The position numbers were made by a program, and so were the translations under genes. A DNA stretch of 64,000 bases, from positions 77,252,001 to 77,316,000 of the forward strand of contig NC_043006.1 of NCBI RefSeq assembly GCF_006345805.1, in the 5' to 3' direction. This document shows, piece by piece, positions 25,588 through 39,359 of the stretch; the stretch's first letter is position 1, and the number at the start of each line of letters is the position of its first letter. The notes below the pieces were generated by a model. The model saw only the letters and a program-made list of their open reading frames with translations. It was not told where the DNA came from and did not search any database. Origin of the DNA: Octopus sinensis (taxonomy: Eukaryota).

Positions 25588-26009
25588 TACGTATAGCGGA
25601 AGAGAGCAGCGAAATTATAGATTTATATGCTGAACAAATACCCGATGGTGAAACAGGAATAATTGTTATCATAGGTCTTTGAGACGCAATGCTACTTATT
25701 AAAAGCAACATCTAAAAATTCCAAATATTAGCGAATGATATAACTGCAAATCTGTCACATTCAATTCAGAACGAATTATAATTGCAATTATTCAGACGAT
25801 TATCACCAAATGATATTAAAGCCAATATATATTTAGAGAGGAAAAACAATACGCTCGTACGAATACTTGGCGTCTGTGAATTTATGATGATTTTCTATAT
25901 GATTGCATCTTTATATTTATAATCCAACTAATTAACGCGTCTATTTCTTTATATAGTTATCAGTCTACATATAAACATTCACATTCGTATACACACACAC
26001 ATACACACG

Positions 26010-26078
26010 CACAAACTCATACACATACATATATACATATATATATATATACGTATGTGTATGAGTTTATATATATTT

Positions 26079-26126
<48 letters not shown>

Positions 26127-26880
26127 ATATATAATATATATATATATATTATATATATATATAGCATTTGTGTGTTGAAATATATCTACACTCATTCATA
26201 TAAGCTCTCTAATACACATGGGCACGCGCACGTACATAGCTTGACGAATGCTACTCTTTTATTTTCTATTCTTTATTTTTTCATCTTTTACATGTATCAA
26301 TCATTAGACTGCGACCATATTGGGGCACCGCAGAAGAATTTTAGTCTAATCAATGAGTACTTACTGCTTTGTTAAACCCGGTACCTACTCTGTCGACCGA
26401 GGGTATAGCAGTTGGGATGCAACCTGCAACTTCTCTCTCTCTCTCTCGCCCTCTGTATATATATGTATATACCATATATATATATATATATATATTTATA
26501 GATATATATATATATAAATAATATGATGTGGTATATATATATATGTGTGGTGTGTGTGTGTATATGTATATGTGTGTGTGTATATGTATATGTGTGTGTG
26601 TATATATATATGTGTGTGTGGGTGTATATATATGTGTGTGTATATATATATGTATGTGTGTGTATATATTATATGTATGCATAAATTGTATGTATATATA
26701 TTACATGTATGCATAAATATATGTATATATTCATGTGTATATATATATATGCATTTATATATATATATATATATATTGCGAATTGAGATGCATACACATG
26801 TATTTATATACAAGTGTCTTATACATATGAGTGTATGTGTGTGTTTGTGTGTATTTTGGCATGGGTGTATACATATTTGA
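26010..26880. repeat. TA/TG microsatellite region containing a degenerate SINE B fragment (~26280-26400)
   Basis: Read directly; TCATTAGACTGCGACCATATTGGGGCACCGC matches family B. Confidence 0.8.
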
Positions 26881-27322
26881 ATACATAAGAATGTGAGCGC
26901 GTCAGGTGCAACTCTTTACTTCCTTATCTGATAACGAACTCACTGCCAGAATGAATGCATCAATTCTCCGCCAGAGAAACAATAAAACCAACGCTATGGT
27001 GGATTTTAGTTCATTAGACATAGGTTGGTGAAAAAAAAAATTGAAATGAATCAACAAAATCAAAATGAATGAACAAAAAAGAAATCAACTATAAAAAAAA
27101 AGCGGACGTGATATTGCCAACCTGAATAACAAAAAATATAAAAAAATCGTTATTACCTAACTGATTTATTTAGTTTTTACATAAAGAAATATTTTCACAA
27201 ATCCTCAAAGATATTATTTGGAGGAGAAAATATTTTTTGATTTAAACTTTATCTGTTAAATTTTAACTTGAAAAGTATTGGTTCACGGATACAATGTTAA
27301 ATAGTAATACACATATATATAT

Positions 27323-27535
27323 ATTCCTGGCGCTATGATAGATCGTTATCTACTGCACACATTTTTTTCTGTCCTTGTTTCTGTCCTTGTCTTTTTCTGG
27401 GTATCTTTCTGTAGAAGAGCGTAGGCTCGAAACGTAAAAGAATTTTTTGTATTCCTGAGCGCTATACTAATACATTTGTTTGTTTGTACACCACCTGCCT
27501 TCGTCTTTTGTTTATTTTCGTAAACTTTCCCTTTA
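27323..27535 (+). mobile_element. Short repeat between (TA)n tracts carrying a minimal hammerhead-like motif (27404-27441)
   Basis: TCTTT-CTGTAGA-A-GAGC-GTAG-GCTC-GAA-ACGT-A-AAAGA: stem I TCTTT/AAAGA, stem II GAGC/GCTC, palindromic ACGT stem III and a GUA site. Core A6 is U. Confidence 0.6.
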
Positions 27536-28049
27536 GATATATATATATATATATATATATAACCACAAGTACTTTTATATGCATCTATGCACGTTTATAT
27601 GTGTGTATGTGTGTGTGTGTATGTATGTATGTATGTATGTATGCAAACATGTATCTTTAAAAGTATATTGAATAACGTATATTTTTCGACATATATGGAC
27701 TTTATATTCCTACTTGTAGAACTTAAGGTTTCAATGTATTTTTGTTTTCTATACTAAAAAGTAAAAGAAAGAGAAACCTTGGCGCTGTTTACTTCTTCAC
27801 AAATCAAAAGTAAATCCATTTAAAACCAAAATAAGAAAAAAAGTGATGTATGTTTAACTATGTAGTAAGGCATTCCAGTGTGTCGACTTAGAAAATGAAA
27901 TCCTAGGACAACATATGCTAATCAGCGGTCTTGCAAAATATAAGACTCCTAAAAGCGACAAGTATGTTTATGAAGTTACTAGTTGAATGAGTTAGTTTTA
28001 TTTATTTAACTGAAGTTATACATCCGTGTATACATATAGTAATACACAC

Positions 28050-28450
<401 letters not shown>

Positions 28451-29124
28451 TTTATAACAGCACTGACCAAGGTGCATAAATGTTTTTAGATTGTACAACA
28501 TAATTTGGGAGAATTTACCTACTGTATCTAACAAGTTTAATACCAGGCGGAGATACTTGTATTACTAATTTTCAAAGGGAAGTTAGTCCTAAGAAACCAT
28601 GAGAAAATAACTTATGGTTTGATACATTTCAGCCATGGTGATCTTGTGTCCTTATTAGTAGGGCCTACAACTATACTTTCTAGTATTCTTCTGTAGTTTG
28701 CAGAAATGTGACGGAAATTTTATTTGTTAAATTTAACTGCTTGAACGCTCACATACATGCTCAAACATTGGCTTCTGAGGTTGCCATTAATACCCACACA
28801 GTACCAAAGACAAAATCCTACGGTCAGTATCGTATGAACTCTAAATCTACTTAAGATTCGTTACAATAATTCTATTACAAATAATAGTTACACCGTCATG
28901 TTTTCTTTCAAAGCAGAACTACTTAGAACCAGTACGTTTTCTTCGTTATCTTAATCTTAATTAAATGAAGCCAATAAACACAGCGTACAAGATCTAGACT
29001 AACATAACGAATTAATGACATACTATTTGAAAGATGTTTGTGTAACGTAGTAAGAAAAAATCTTAATTTATAATTACACACACAATTTTACATATACGTA
29101 TGTACATACATATATGTGTGCGTG

Positions 29125-29166
<42 letters not shown>

Positions 29167-29335
29167 CATAGATTTCTGTCTATTTATATATCTCTATCCC
29201 CCCTCCATTTCTCTCTATCCCCCCTCTCTCTCTCTCTTCTCTTTCTCTCTCTATCTCTCTCTTTTTCAGTTATTAACTTTTGAATGGTTTCTTTTCGAAA
29301 TATATTGCTTTTTTCTTATCATGCTGCAAAGCACA

Positions 29336-29411
<76 letters not shown>

Positions 29412-29659
29412 CACACACGCACACACACACGCACACACATACACACATAAATAAATGTTGCACAACAAGATATCAAATGATATATACATTTTAGGAACAT
29501 ACAGTGCGTTCTAACCCCGAACCAAACGTCGATTCTCTGACGGACTTTGAGAGCAGAGATGCAGTATCGACATAAATACGAATTGCATATAAGCAATACA
29601 TCAGTGGAAATGATGTGGATATTTGGATCAATTGCAAGTTCCCCCTACCCTCTGATACC

Positions 29660-29888
29660 TATTTCTTTATTGCCCACAAGGGGCTAAACATGGAGGGGAC
29701 AAACAAGGACAGACATAGGTATTAAGTCGATTACATCGACCCCAGTGCGAAACTGGTACTTATTTAATCGACCCCGAAAGGATGAAAGGCAAAGTCGACC
29801 TCGACGGAATTTGAACTCAGAACGTAACGGCAGACGAAATAAGGCTACGCATTTCGCCCGGCGTGCTAACGTTTCTGCCAGCTCGCCG
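29660..29888 (-). mobile_element. SINE family A, near full length
   Basis: Reverse complement of the 4408-4627 consensus with few differences. Confidence 0.92.
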
Positions 29889-30160
29889 AGTTTACTAGCC
29901 TGTCTATGTTAAATTATCACAAAGTACTTCTTTTTTATTTCATCCTAGAGACCGCCACGGATCTTGTTAAATTTGTGTCAGCCACTTAAATTTTTCCAAT
30001 CTTACCCCAGATTATTCGATAAAGATAAAGTGCTTATTCATTGTTACCATAATTACTGCTTAGTCAGGTTTTAACCAAACTTTCAAATCAGCCCACCTCC
30101 TGTTGATATTCTCTTCTGTTCACTTCATGAGGTAGTACAGTCAACGGTGGTGCCTCAGCA

Positions 30161-30752
30161 AGCTAGCAGAACCGTTAGCACGCCGGGAGAAATGCGTAGC
30201 CGTATTTCGTCTGCCGTTACACTCCGAGTTCAATTTCACCGAGGCCTACTTTGTCTTTCATCCTTTCAGGGTCGATAAATTAATTACCAGTTTCGCACTG
30301 GGGTCGATGTAATCGACTTAATACCCATGTCTGTCCTTGTTTGTCCCCTCTGTATTTAGCCCCTTGTGGGTAGTAAAGAAATAGGTATTTCCTCTGCTGC
30401 ATTCCAAGTTCAAATTCCACCGAGGTCAACTTTGTCATTCATCATTCAAGGGACGATAAAATAAAGTGACAAACGTCAATGGTTCAATCTCGTCATCGGT
30501 GCATTGGTGGGAAGAGAAGAAAAAAATAAGGCGGCGAGCTAGCAGAACCGTTAGCACGCCGGGCGAAATGCATAGCGGTATTTCGTCTGATGTTACGTTC
30601 TGAGTTCAAATTCCGCCGAGGTCGACTTTACCGTTCATCCTTTTGGTGTCGATTAAATAAGTTTCAATTACGCACTGGGGTCGACGTAATCGACTTAATC
30701 CGTTTGTCTGCCCTTGTTTGTCCCCTCTATGTTTAGCCCCTTGTGGGTAGTA
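30161..30752 (+). mobile_element. Compound SINE A array (5'-truncated copy + partial copy + full copy) bounded by a 30-bp direct repeat
   Basis: Copies at 30161-30390, ~30390-30470 and 30529-30752. GGTAGTACAGTCAACGGTGGTGCCTYAGCA at 30131-30160 and 30746-30775. Confidence 0.85.
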
Positions 30753-30869
30753 CAGTCAACGGTGGTGCCTTAGCATGAACGAAGCTCTAAAGCTAAAGCA
30801 ATTTAAAGATTAAGGATGTAGATCTGATGTCGAAAACTGTATTTATTTTGGCTGCAAACTAATCCATTT

Positions 30870-31060
30870 TACGATAGGCACAAGGCCTAAAATTTTGGAG
30901 GATGGCTTCTCGTTGATCACACCGACACCGGTGCTCAAATGGTTCTTATTTCCTCGGACCCAAAAGAAAGAAAGGTGATATTTGAACTCAGAATGGAAAG
31001 AGAGCCGAAATGCATCCAAGCATTTTGTCCGGCATGCAAACTATTCTAAAAGCTCACCGT
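30870..31060 (-). mobile_element. Degenerate SINE family A
   Basis: ATAGGCACAAGGCCT.AAATTTT...TTTGAACTCAGAA...GCATTTTGTCCGGCATGC. Confidence 0.6.
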
Positions 31061-32044
31061 TTTACTTTGTCTAAAAATTCCCAACCTTCATTGATTCCGT
31101 AAATATTCTATGTTTAATTACTGTTACCACCATTGCTACCTTCTCAGCTTTTAACAGTCTTTCAGATCAGCAACTCTGTTGATATTCCCTTCTGCTCACT
31201 TCATCTGTCGTGAGATGTATTTATATACGTTAAAAATTTGGGTATTTACTCATTCATTCATCATTTTCTTATTTTAAATGTCAATGGATCCCTAAATCAT
31301 TCCGCTTCTAATCTAATATTTCCTTTTTATTGCCCTGTATTTTCACACTTTCATTTTCATCACATAGATTCTTCTTCTTTTTATCGTATTATCTCTCCAC
31401 CATTAACCCCTATGACAGGAAACCTATATATAGAAGTGTAAATTCCCTCATTTTGCAGTCATAGCTTGCTTGAAGATTCTCTGCTCCCACAGACGAAGCT
31501 CAAAATAGTAAGAAATAGATGCGACCCAAATAATATATATGTGCGCACACACATACGCACACATACATACACACACACGTACACATACATGAGTAGGTTG
31601 AAAATGCGTTAAAATGTTAAAATACTTCACATAGACTGGAGTGTAATTGTAAATTTTTTTGCATTAGTATGCAAGCCTCGATGGACAAGAATGTCTGTGT
31701 ACTCGTGGAGAAATATATACATCCATACATGCATGTGTGTATGCCTGATTGAATTCTTACATAAATAGATATATTTAATTGACAGAAATATGAATATATT
31801 GAAAGGCTGAGAAATTTTGTTGCATACTTGATGTCTGTCAGTTATTCATTTATGCAGATTTATAGTTACACGTGTTTTAATGAATCTTCTATTTTTTCCT
31901 AATATTTTGAAATCCGTAGTTATAAAAATATTTTCTGGTATATACACTTATATCTTAGTAGTAATTTGTACGATTGTAATGCATATTATTTCATTATTTC
32001 GTCGTATGTAAATTTTTTCTTAATATTTCTTAATTTGTCTGTCT

Positions 32045-32405
32045 TTACGTTATGAGATCAACTTTGCCTTTCATCGATTCGGGGTCGATAAATTTAGTAC
32101 AAGTGGGTCGTTCTAATCGGCTGGACACCTGTCCCAAAATTTTAGACCTTGTGCCTAGACTAGAAAAGAATATTTCTTAATTCTAAGGCGGCTAGCTAGC
32201 TGTGTCATTTTTACGATAGGCAAAATGCTTAGCTGTATTTCAAATGTCTTTACGTTCCGGGTTCATATTCCGCTGTGGTCAATTTTGCTTGTCATCCTTT
32301 CGAGGTTAATAAAATAAGCACCAGTAGAGCATTTTAGTTGATGTAATCGGCTTACACCCACCCCAGAAATTGCTATCCCTGTGCCAAAGTTTCAAACCAA
32401 TATTT
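32045..32405 (+). mobile_element. Two tandem degenerate SINE family A copies
   Basis: ACTTTGCCTTTCATC..TTCGGGGTCGATAAA (~32060) and TCATCCTTTCGAGGTTAATAAAATAAG (~32295). Confidence 0.7.
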
Positions 32406-33632
32406 CTTAATTTTATCAACACATGTTTTTCAAAAAATTAAACATAATGTTTTAGATAAATAATCAAATCCAAGTATATTACGCACATAGATATATACAT
32501 GCATCTTTATAGGTGTGTTTGTGTATGCGTGTGCTTGCGCCTGTGCGTATGTATATGTAAATTTTTGTATACATATGCGTCATTATGTGTAAATGTAAAT
32601 GCAGTTTTCTGTATGAGACCACATACATGTAGATTGGAATAAACAAAGATATAATCCATTTTACGTCACTTTCATTGATAAGAAAGCAAATAACGTGAAA
32701 CAACATAGAGAATAACATACATCATTGCGATTAGATTGTTTTACGTGTACACGTTAAATCATCATTAAATAGCATTGCATAAACCTATTTAATCCAGCAC
32801 ACTAACACAAGGAATGCAGAGCAGGAAGCTGGATACATAATGACCTTCTGCGTTCCCACAAGTTATTATATTTCTAGCGTAGCGTGATGTACATTTACAT
32901 CAGCCTAAAGACATTTCTCGTTTAAATCACTGTGTTAACAATTGTTTATATCCGCAATTAAAGTCGGTAACCTTATACCAAAATTCCCCTTTATTATAAA
33001 GATTAAAGAGACTTAACTGGACATTACAGTATAGAAAGCTAATGGCATATAACTAGCTGTAAAGCAGTCAGCAATTGTGATTCGAATCATTGAGGATTCT
33101 TATAGATAAATGTTCCGCTATTATTGCATCGGCTATTTCTTCATTAATGGCAGAGATTTTAAAGGATTCTGTGGGTTGTTAAAAGAATGTCTGTACCGTC
33201 ATTATATATTCTGATCGGTGAAGGTTAATTATCTTGTCAAATAACTTGTTATCATCGTACTCTATATAGAAATACATAGAATTAAAATGACAGAGAGAGA
33301 GTAAGATCTTATATTCGAATACATGACGAGGTTTATTTGGTCGTAATTTAGGGGTGGGGACATGTCACGCAAGTGTAATTTTATGAGGCTCACTTCAGAA
33401 TGGTGTTGTGTTTGATCACTGAAATCTCTTGTGAATGATATAACACGTGTGCTATCAAAATGCTGTTTCACTGATCGACAGTAATGGACTCGATCGAAGC
33501 ACTTAAACAGTCTTTATACGTACATCTCTAAACCACACGTGTGCAGCATGCGCATAAATGATATATTTAACGAGATGTTCCAACCACTTGAGGGATTGTA
33601 GTAAATGGAAGTAGTAAATGAAGAAAAAGTAT

Positions 33633-33688
<56 letters not shown>

Positions 33689-33853
33689 TATATATATAAA
33701 TATACACACACTTTTAAACATTAGGCTCCTCGTATTATTATCGAAACGAGATTTTAACTACGATCCCTCCATAGAACTTACATACCATCAACTGCCACCT
33801 GGGGTGCTCTGGATACGAATACTTCTCAAATATACATACATGTATGTATATAT

Positions 33854-33915
<62 letters not shown>

Positions 33916-33925
33916 GTATATATAT

Positions 33926-34115
33926 AGGTGCAGGTGTGGCTGCTTCCCAACCACCTGGTTCCAGGTTCGGTTCCATTACGTGGCACCTGTCCAAGTGTCT
34001 TCCACTATAACTTCGGACCGACCAAACACTTGTGAGTGGATTTGGTAGACGTAAATTACAGGAGTTCCGTCGTATGTGTGTGTGGGTCTGTGTTTGCCCC
34101 CTACATCACTTGACA
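33926..34115 (+). mobile_element. 5' part of SINE family B
   Basis: AGGTGCAGGTGTGGCTG...CAACCAC.TGGTTCCAGGTTC...GTGGCACCTGTCCAAGTGTCTTC. Confidence 0.75.
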
Positions 34116-35049
34116 AAGAAAATACAGAAGGTTCAGTTAAATATGGTTTTATTCAGCATATTCTCACATTGCAGAAGTCCTTCAGATTCTCTAAGCCCTG
34201 TAGTAGAACTCGGAAGGTTTGGCATCCAGCCGGTCTTTCTCGATATTCTTACAGCCAAGAAATTTCCAGCACTTTGCTTATGCATGATTCAAGTGGATGT
34301 TTATTATATAATCATGTAATGTCTTTCCACCATAGAAGGGAGGGAGCTGCTACCTAGATTTATTCCTGATACGTCAGAACCCCCCTTCCACAGCTGTCTT
34401 GCTATCCAGGTTTCGGAATATTTCTCTTCCTCTTTATACCCGCGAGTATTTACGAAGTTGGAATCCTCCATAATCTCTCGAAAGTTCCCGAGTTGTTTTT
34501 CTATGAAACAAATAATGGTTGTTTTTCTTCTCTAAAACAAAAAATACAGGAAATATATTTCGTAAAACTTTCAAAGAGGAAGACGTTTTTAGCAGACAAG
34601 GAAAGGTGTGGCTCCAATATGAGACATGAATACAAAAGGGTACGTTCAAATAACACAGATATATGATACATATCTCTCCCCCCAAAAAATGCCTGTGAAA
34701 TATCTCTGAATAGAAATTTGTATAGCGTCGGGAAAGAGACGTCAGAGCGGTATATGCGTGAAGAAACAACATCCGTAGGTGGCAATATGACAGAAAATAT
34801 TGTAAAACAACTTTCACGGTCTGTGAGACCGTAAAGTTTAAGGCAGCTGTCTGTGATGTGAATATCTTACTTTACAATATAATTCGCAAGTCAAAAATCG
34901 GATTAACGTAATTAATGCTTGATTTATCAAGCCACAAAAAAGCGGGTGTTGCACTTGCGCACTAATATCAGATAACTTTCGGTGAGATGACTAATAAGTG
35001 AACATCAAGAATTTATGAACATACACCTACACATGTTTCTGTATTCTCT

Positions 35050-35100
<51 letters not shown>

Positions 35101-35109
35101 CTATATATC

Positions 35110-35146
<37 letters not shown>

Positions 35147-35428
35147 GGAGAGAGAGAGAGAGAGATTACACCTACATATATGAAGTAAGCTCCATTTGTT
35201 TTATACCTACGCCAAAATAATGAACATCTCCCGAATCGAATCTACAATTTAAATTGGATTTGGTACTTTTGTATCTACATTATCCTACTACCACTATATG
35301 TCTTCAATTTTGTTTACATCAGTAGCCGTTTCTGGCATCGTGTCTCTTGATGTGCCTAGATTCAAAGGAATCCTTATAACTAAATCATCTGTATATATAT
35401 CATATGTGTGTGTGTATGTGTGTGCGTG

Positions 35429-35470
<42 letters not shown>

Positions 35471-35743
35471 GCGGAGTAGACGAAACGGAGGCGGCTGAAG
35501 AAGGGGAATTTTCCTTGTGTTGTATGTCTTCTAAACTGTTTTTTCCTTGTTTAAAAGAATGTCCGTTTCCATGGTTCTGTTTTTATGTCTTCGCTTCTCA
35601 TTGTGTTCGACGTTCGCTTATTTTTGTGTCCTGTAACCATAAATGCATATATATATACATATAGATATAGATACGTACATATATGTATGTATATATGCAT
35701 ATGTTTTATTTATTATTTATGTTATTATATATATATATACACA

Positions 35744-35958
35744 CTGTAATCCCTCGACTATCGCGTGAGTTACTTTCCAAAACTCCACACGATGGGTGAA
35801 AATCCACGAAGTTAAAAAAGTACTATACTGTATATTTTGTTTATTATTTTTATAACTTGTATATAATTATTTTATTGTAAATGCTAAACAACACCATGAA
35901 GGTAAGCTTAAATATTAAACCCCGATCGGAGAATCATGATATGGCTAGAGATTACTAC
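35744..35958. mobile_element. pogo/Tigger-like MITE
   Basis: Left end CTGTAATCCCTCGACTATCGCG and right end CATGATATGGCTAGAGATTACTAC resemble CAGTAATCCCTCG-type TIRs; TA-rich flanks. Confidence 0.6.
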
Positions 35959-35989
35959 ATATATAACAAAGAGGTGCAAGCGTCAATTA

Positions 35990-36289
35990 ATTGCGGCCAT
36001 TTCTAACGACTCCTTTAATTGATTAATGGGAACATTACATCATTGCAAACAAACCGTTTTCGTCAGATGGATTTATGATCTTTAGACATAAAGGTCAGCT
36101 CAACTTATTCATCATTATTAACAAATTCACGGAGTAAATATATATACATTGATCCTGTTACCATTCCGTTCGACAAAATGATGCTTTTTATCTTTGAAGA
36201 TCATGAATTCATTTGCCGAAAACGATTTATTTGCAATGATGTGATGTACTTATTAATGAATTAAATGCGTCATTAGAAACGACCGTAAT
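35990..36289. mobile_element. Fold-back/MITE-like element with ~100-bp diverged TIRs
   Basis: 35990-36092 pairs with 36186-36289, e.g. ACATCATTGCAAACAAACCGTTTTCG vs the reverse complement of CGAAAACGATTTATTTGCAATGATGT. Confidence 0.7.
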
Positions 36290-36484
36290 GAGTTCATGAA
36301 GTTCAATCATAAAAAGGATCAGCTGTGTCCATGTTGTGTCCAGTATATCCATGCACTGCGAGAATATCATGTGGCTGGCACTCATGCACCAAGTGGCTGT
36401 TGCACTTGCGTCATGATTTCAGATAACTTTCTGTGAGATGACTAATAAGTGAAGATCAAGAATTTATGAACATTCACATGCTTC

Positions 36485-36516
<32 letters not shown>

Positions 36517-37679
36517 TATATATAATTATATATATATATGAAGTAAGCGCCATTTATTTACATTTTATACCTACGCCACACTAATGAACAACCCCAGAAT
36601 CGGATCTATAATTTAAATTGGATTTTGGTACATTCGTATCTACATTATCCTGCTAATGCTGGATGTAAATATCTAGTAATGACAGGTAAATATTGTTGAT
36701 TAAGCATGTTACTCCGACTAGACAATGTACCTCAATTTAATGATCTAATTCAACTGAATCTTAATTGTATTTTAATTCGTAAACTGTAATTCTCTCAATA
36801 AATATATATATATATACATATACATATTACGTTGTCTCAGTATTTGGATAGCGATTCTACTACGAAACGAAAAATATTGAAGCGCTTGGGTTTTATAATA
36901 TATTGCTCACGCTGTCCATATTTATTTTACCTTTAGATAGCGGGGCTAATATAGAATAAAAGTGCATTATACCATTTTATTTACTCCAAATGCTATGAAA
37001 TCGAGATGGACCAGTATTTGGTTTATGAGTCTTCGGTGTACTCAATTGAGTGCTTTTGTTTTCCTTTTGCGCTTAAAAGTATTGCATAATCTAAAATAGG
37101 AGTAATAGTGTAACGCTGCAAGTGAAATGATACTAAAGCTGATGTGAAAAGAAACTGGGAATGACTGGCCAAAATAGAATATGGTATTGACATTTTAAAA
37201 TCATAATTACCAAGAAGCAGTTGGTTCTTCAACCTTGAGGTTGTCATTCGGACCTTAAAGAACATCCAGTAGGTTTATTTCTACTAGATCTTACAGATAT
37301 GATCGTAACGCAATCAATCTCTAGAATCATAATTTTAGATGGATTCTTCTAGAAATAAGATATTATCTAAAATGATGCTCATACCAGAGAAATTACATAA
37401 CTATAAAACTAAATATAGATAAAAATAAAATAGAGTAAATGTTCGAATAGGTGATGTGATTTATTGCAGCAGTCTTGCTTTCTGATGTTGGCTACAACCT
37501 ATAACATGCGCAAATGGTCGGCTCAAATGGAATTACTTTGTACATTTAATATCCTATTGGTTCGATGGATCGATATACTTAGAATTCCGCACCCCCTCAT
37601 ACTATGATATGTTGTATATGCAATTACGTTTAAAGATGCATGTGTGTGTCCATGTGTTTGTATATGTCTATAACATACA

Positions 37680-37733
<54 letters not shown>

Positions 37734-37830
37734 ATGTATGTATGTGTATGTATCTTTATCTATATCTAACTGTCTATATATATATATATATAGACAGTAT
37801 ATATATATATATAAATAGACAGTATATATA

Positions 37831-37889
<59 letters not shown>

Positions 37890-38626
37890 ATTTTCTTCGT
37901 ACATGGATGTGTTCATTGCATGTGCATAAGACTACGTGTGTGTATAAAAGTGCGTATATGTGTGTTAGTGTGCATTCCTCTACCTGCATATGTGTATGTG
38001 TGTGTTTGTAAGCTTGTATGTTTGTGCGTACCTATGTGTATGTACCGATGCCAATATAGTTGGCAGCTGATGTAATAGTAAACAGTAATGGATTTTGCTT
38101 TTTTTTTTATTATACTTTCTTCAATATTTGTTTTTTGTTTTTGTATTTCTCTTCTCTTTTTTCATCAGTGCGTGCGTTTATTTTCAAGCGTGTCTGTGAG
38201 CGTGTGTGTATATGTCAGTGCACGATGTGTCCGTCTGTGTTTCAGAGAGCTTTTCCTTGCTCTAAAGGAAGAGTAAGAAATACACTGCCATTATCGACTA
38301 CAGGTAGTTTCTTGCCAAGCAAGATCACTGTGAATTGACAAATAATAACCTTTCTCTTGCTTCCCAGCGCTTTATTCAGAACTATGGAACAACGTGTCAG
38401 CGTAGACTTCTGCCAAGTGAATACTCACATATTCTATCTCTCTTTCTCTTTCTTTCTCTCTCTCTCTCTCTGTCTCTTTCTCATTCACTCTAACACATAT
38501 GCACACACTCGCACACACACATACATGTATATACGCCCAAACGTACTTACACAAGCACACGATCTGGATTACATTTCAAGCAACAGTTTCTCAATCTCCC
38601 GCTCAGTACTTCCTCTTTCGTAGCGC

Positions 38627-38658
<32 letters not shown>

Positions 38659-38714
38659 CACCACCACACACACACCACACCAACAACAACAACAACAACA
38701 TCAACAATAATAAT

Positions 38715-39261
38715 AAATGCCCTGATGCAGTACCAGTCAGTGGCTCTCATGGCTTCTGATCTTAACTGATTGGAAGTGTTATCATGTACATTGTTTTGTT
38801 TGGGTATAAAAGACAGGCTACAGCAAATATTCTGCTCAATACCACAGATTTGCTTGTCAGATGTTTGACCATAAACAGTGAACCGTGTCCCTTAGTGGCT
38901 GTCGATAGGTGCATCTCTGACCACGAGCAGAAGTAGTGGGGGAGCATCATAGCCATGTGTTGAAAGAAATTCTTGAGGGTTTGGTTAATTCACCTTTGAA
39001 AACATCGGTGTTTCGTTCAACATCTTTAAACAATCCTTATTCGAGCGGGATGGGCTACTCGACCAGAAGAAAATTCTAACTGGGCTCCACCTGCAAGGTC
39101 ATGTGCTGTTTATTTTGATATGCGATCACCATGTCGAGCACATATGGTTGTGATGCATGTGGCTGGTGTGCCCTTATCAGATGGGTAGTCATGATGGGTA
39201 TACTGGGCTTCGTTTATTTTACCCCAGTGTCACTTTGATGGCATGCACTGCTCTCTCACTC
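38715..39261 (+). mobile_element. ~550-bp non-coding interspersed repeat inserted within (AAT)n
   Basis: (AAC/AAT)n on the left and long (AAT)n on the right; a second partial copy lies at 7768-7925. Confidence 0.7.
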
Positions 39262-39277
39262 AATAATAATAATGATG

Positions 39278-39346
<69 letters not shown>

Positions 39347-39359
39347 GTAATGATAATAA

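Larger units (their letters stand above)
34947..36655. repeat. Old local duplication: 34947-35292 vs 36398-36655
   Basis: Shared GTTGCACTTGCG...CAGATAACTTTC.GTGAGATGACTAATAAGTGAA.ATCAAGAATTTATGAACAT and TATGAAGTAAGC.CCATTT...TTATACCTACGCCA...AATTTAAATTGGATTT...GTATCTACATTATCCT. Confidence 0.85.

Noticed and set aside
33463-33512. GATCGA...TCGATC-GAAGC inside a CTGTTT/AAACAG stem
   Set aside because: The hammerhead core is too incomplete to call.
35490-35530. CTGAAGAAGGGGAATTTTCCTT hammerhead-like start
   Set aside because: A short stem follows, but there is no GAAA or stem III.
38718-38822. CTGATGC...TATAAAAGA as a hammerhead or twister ribozyme
   Set aside because: I could not build a GAAA with stem III or the twister pseudoknots.
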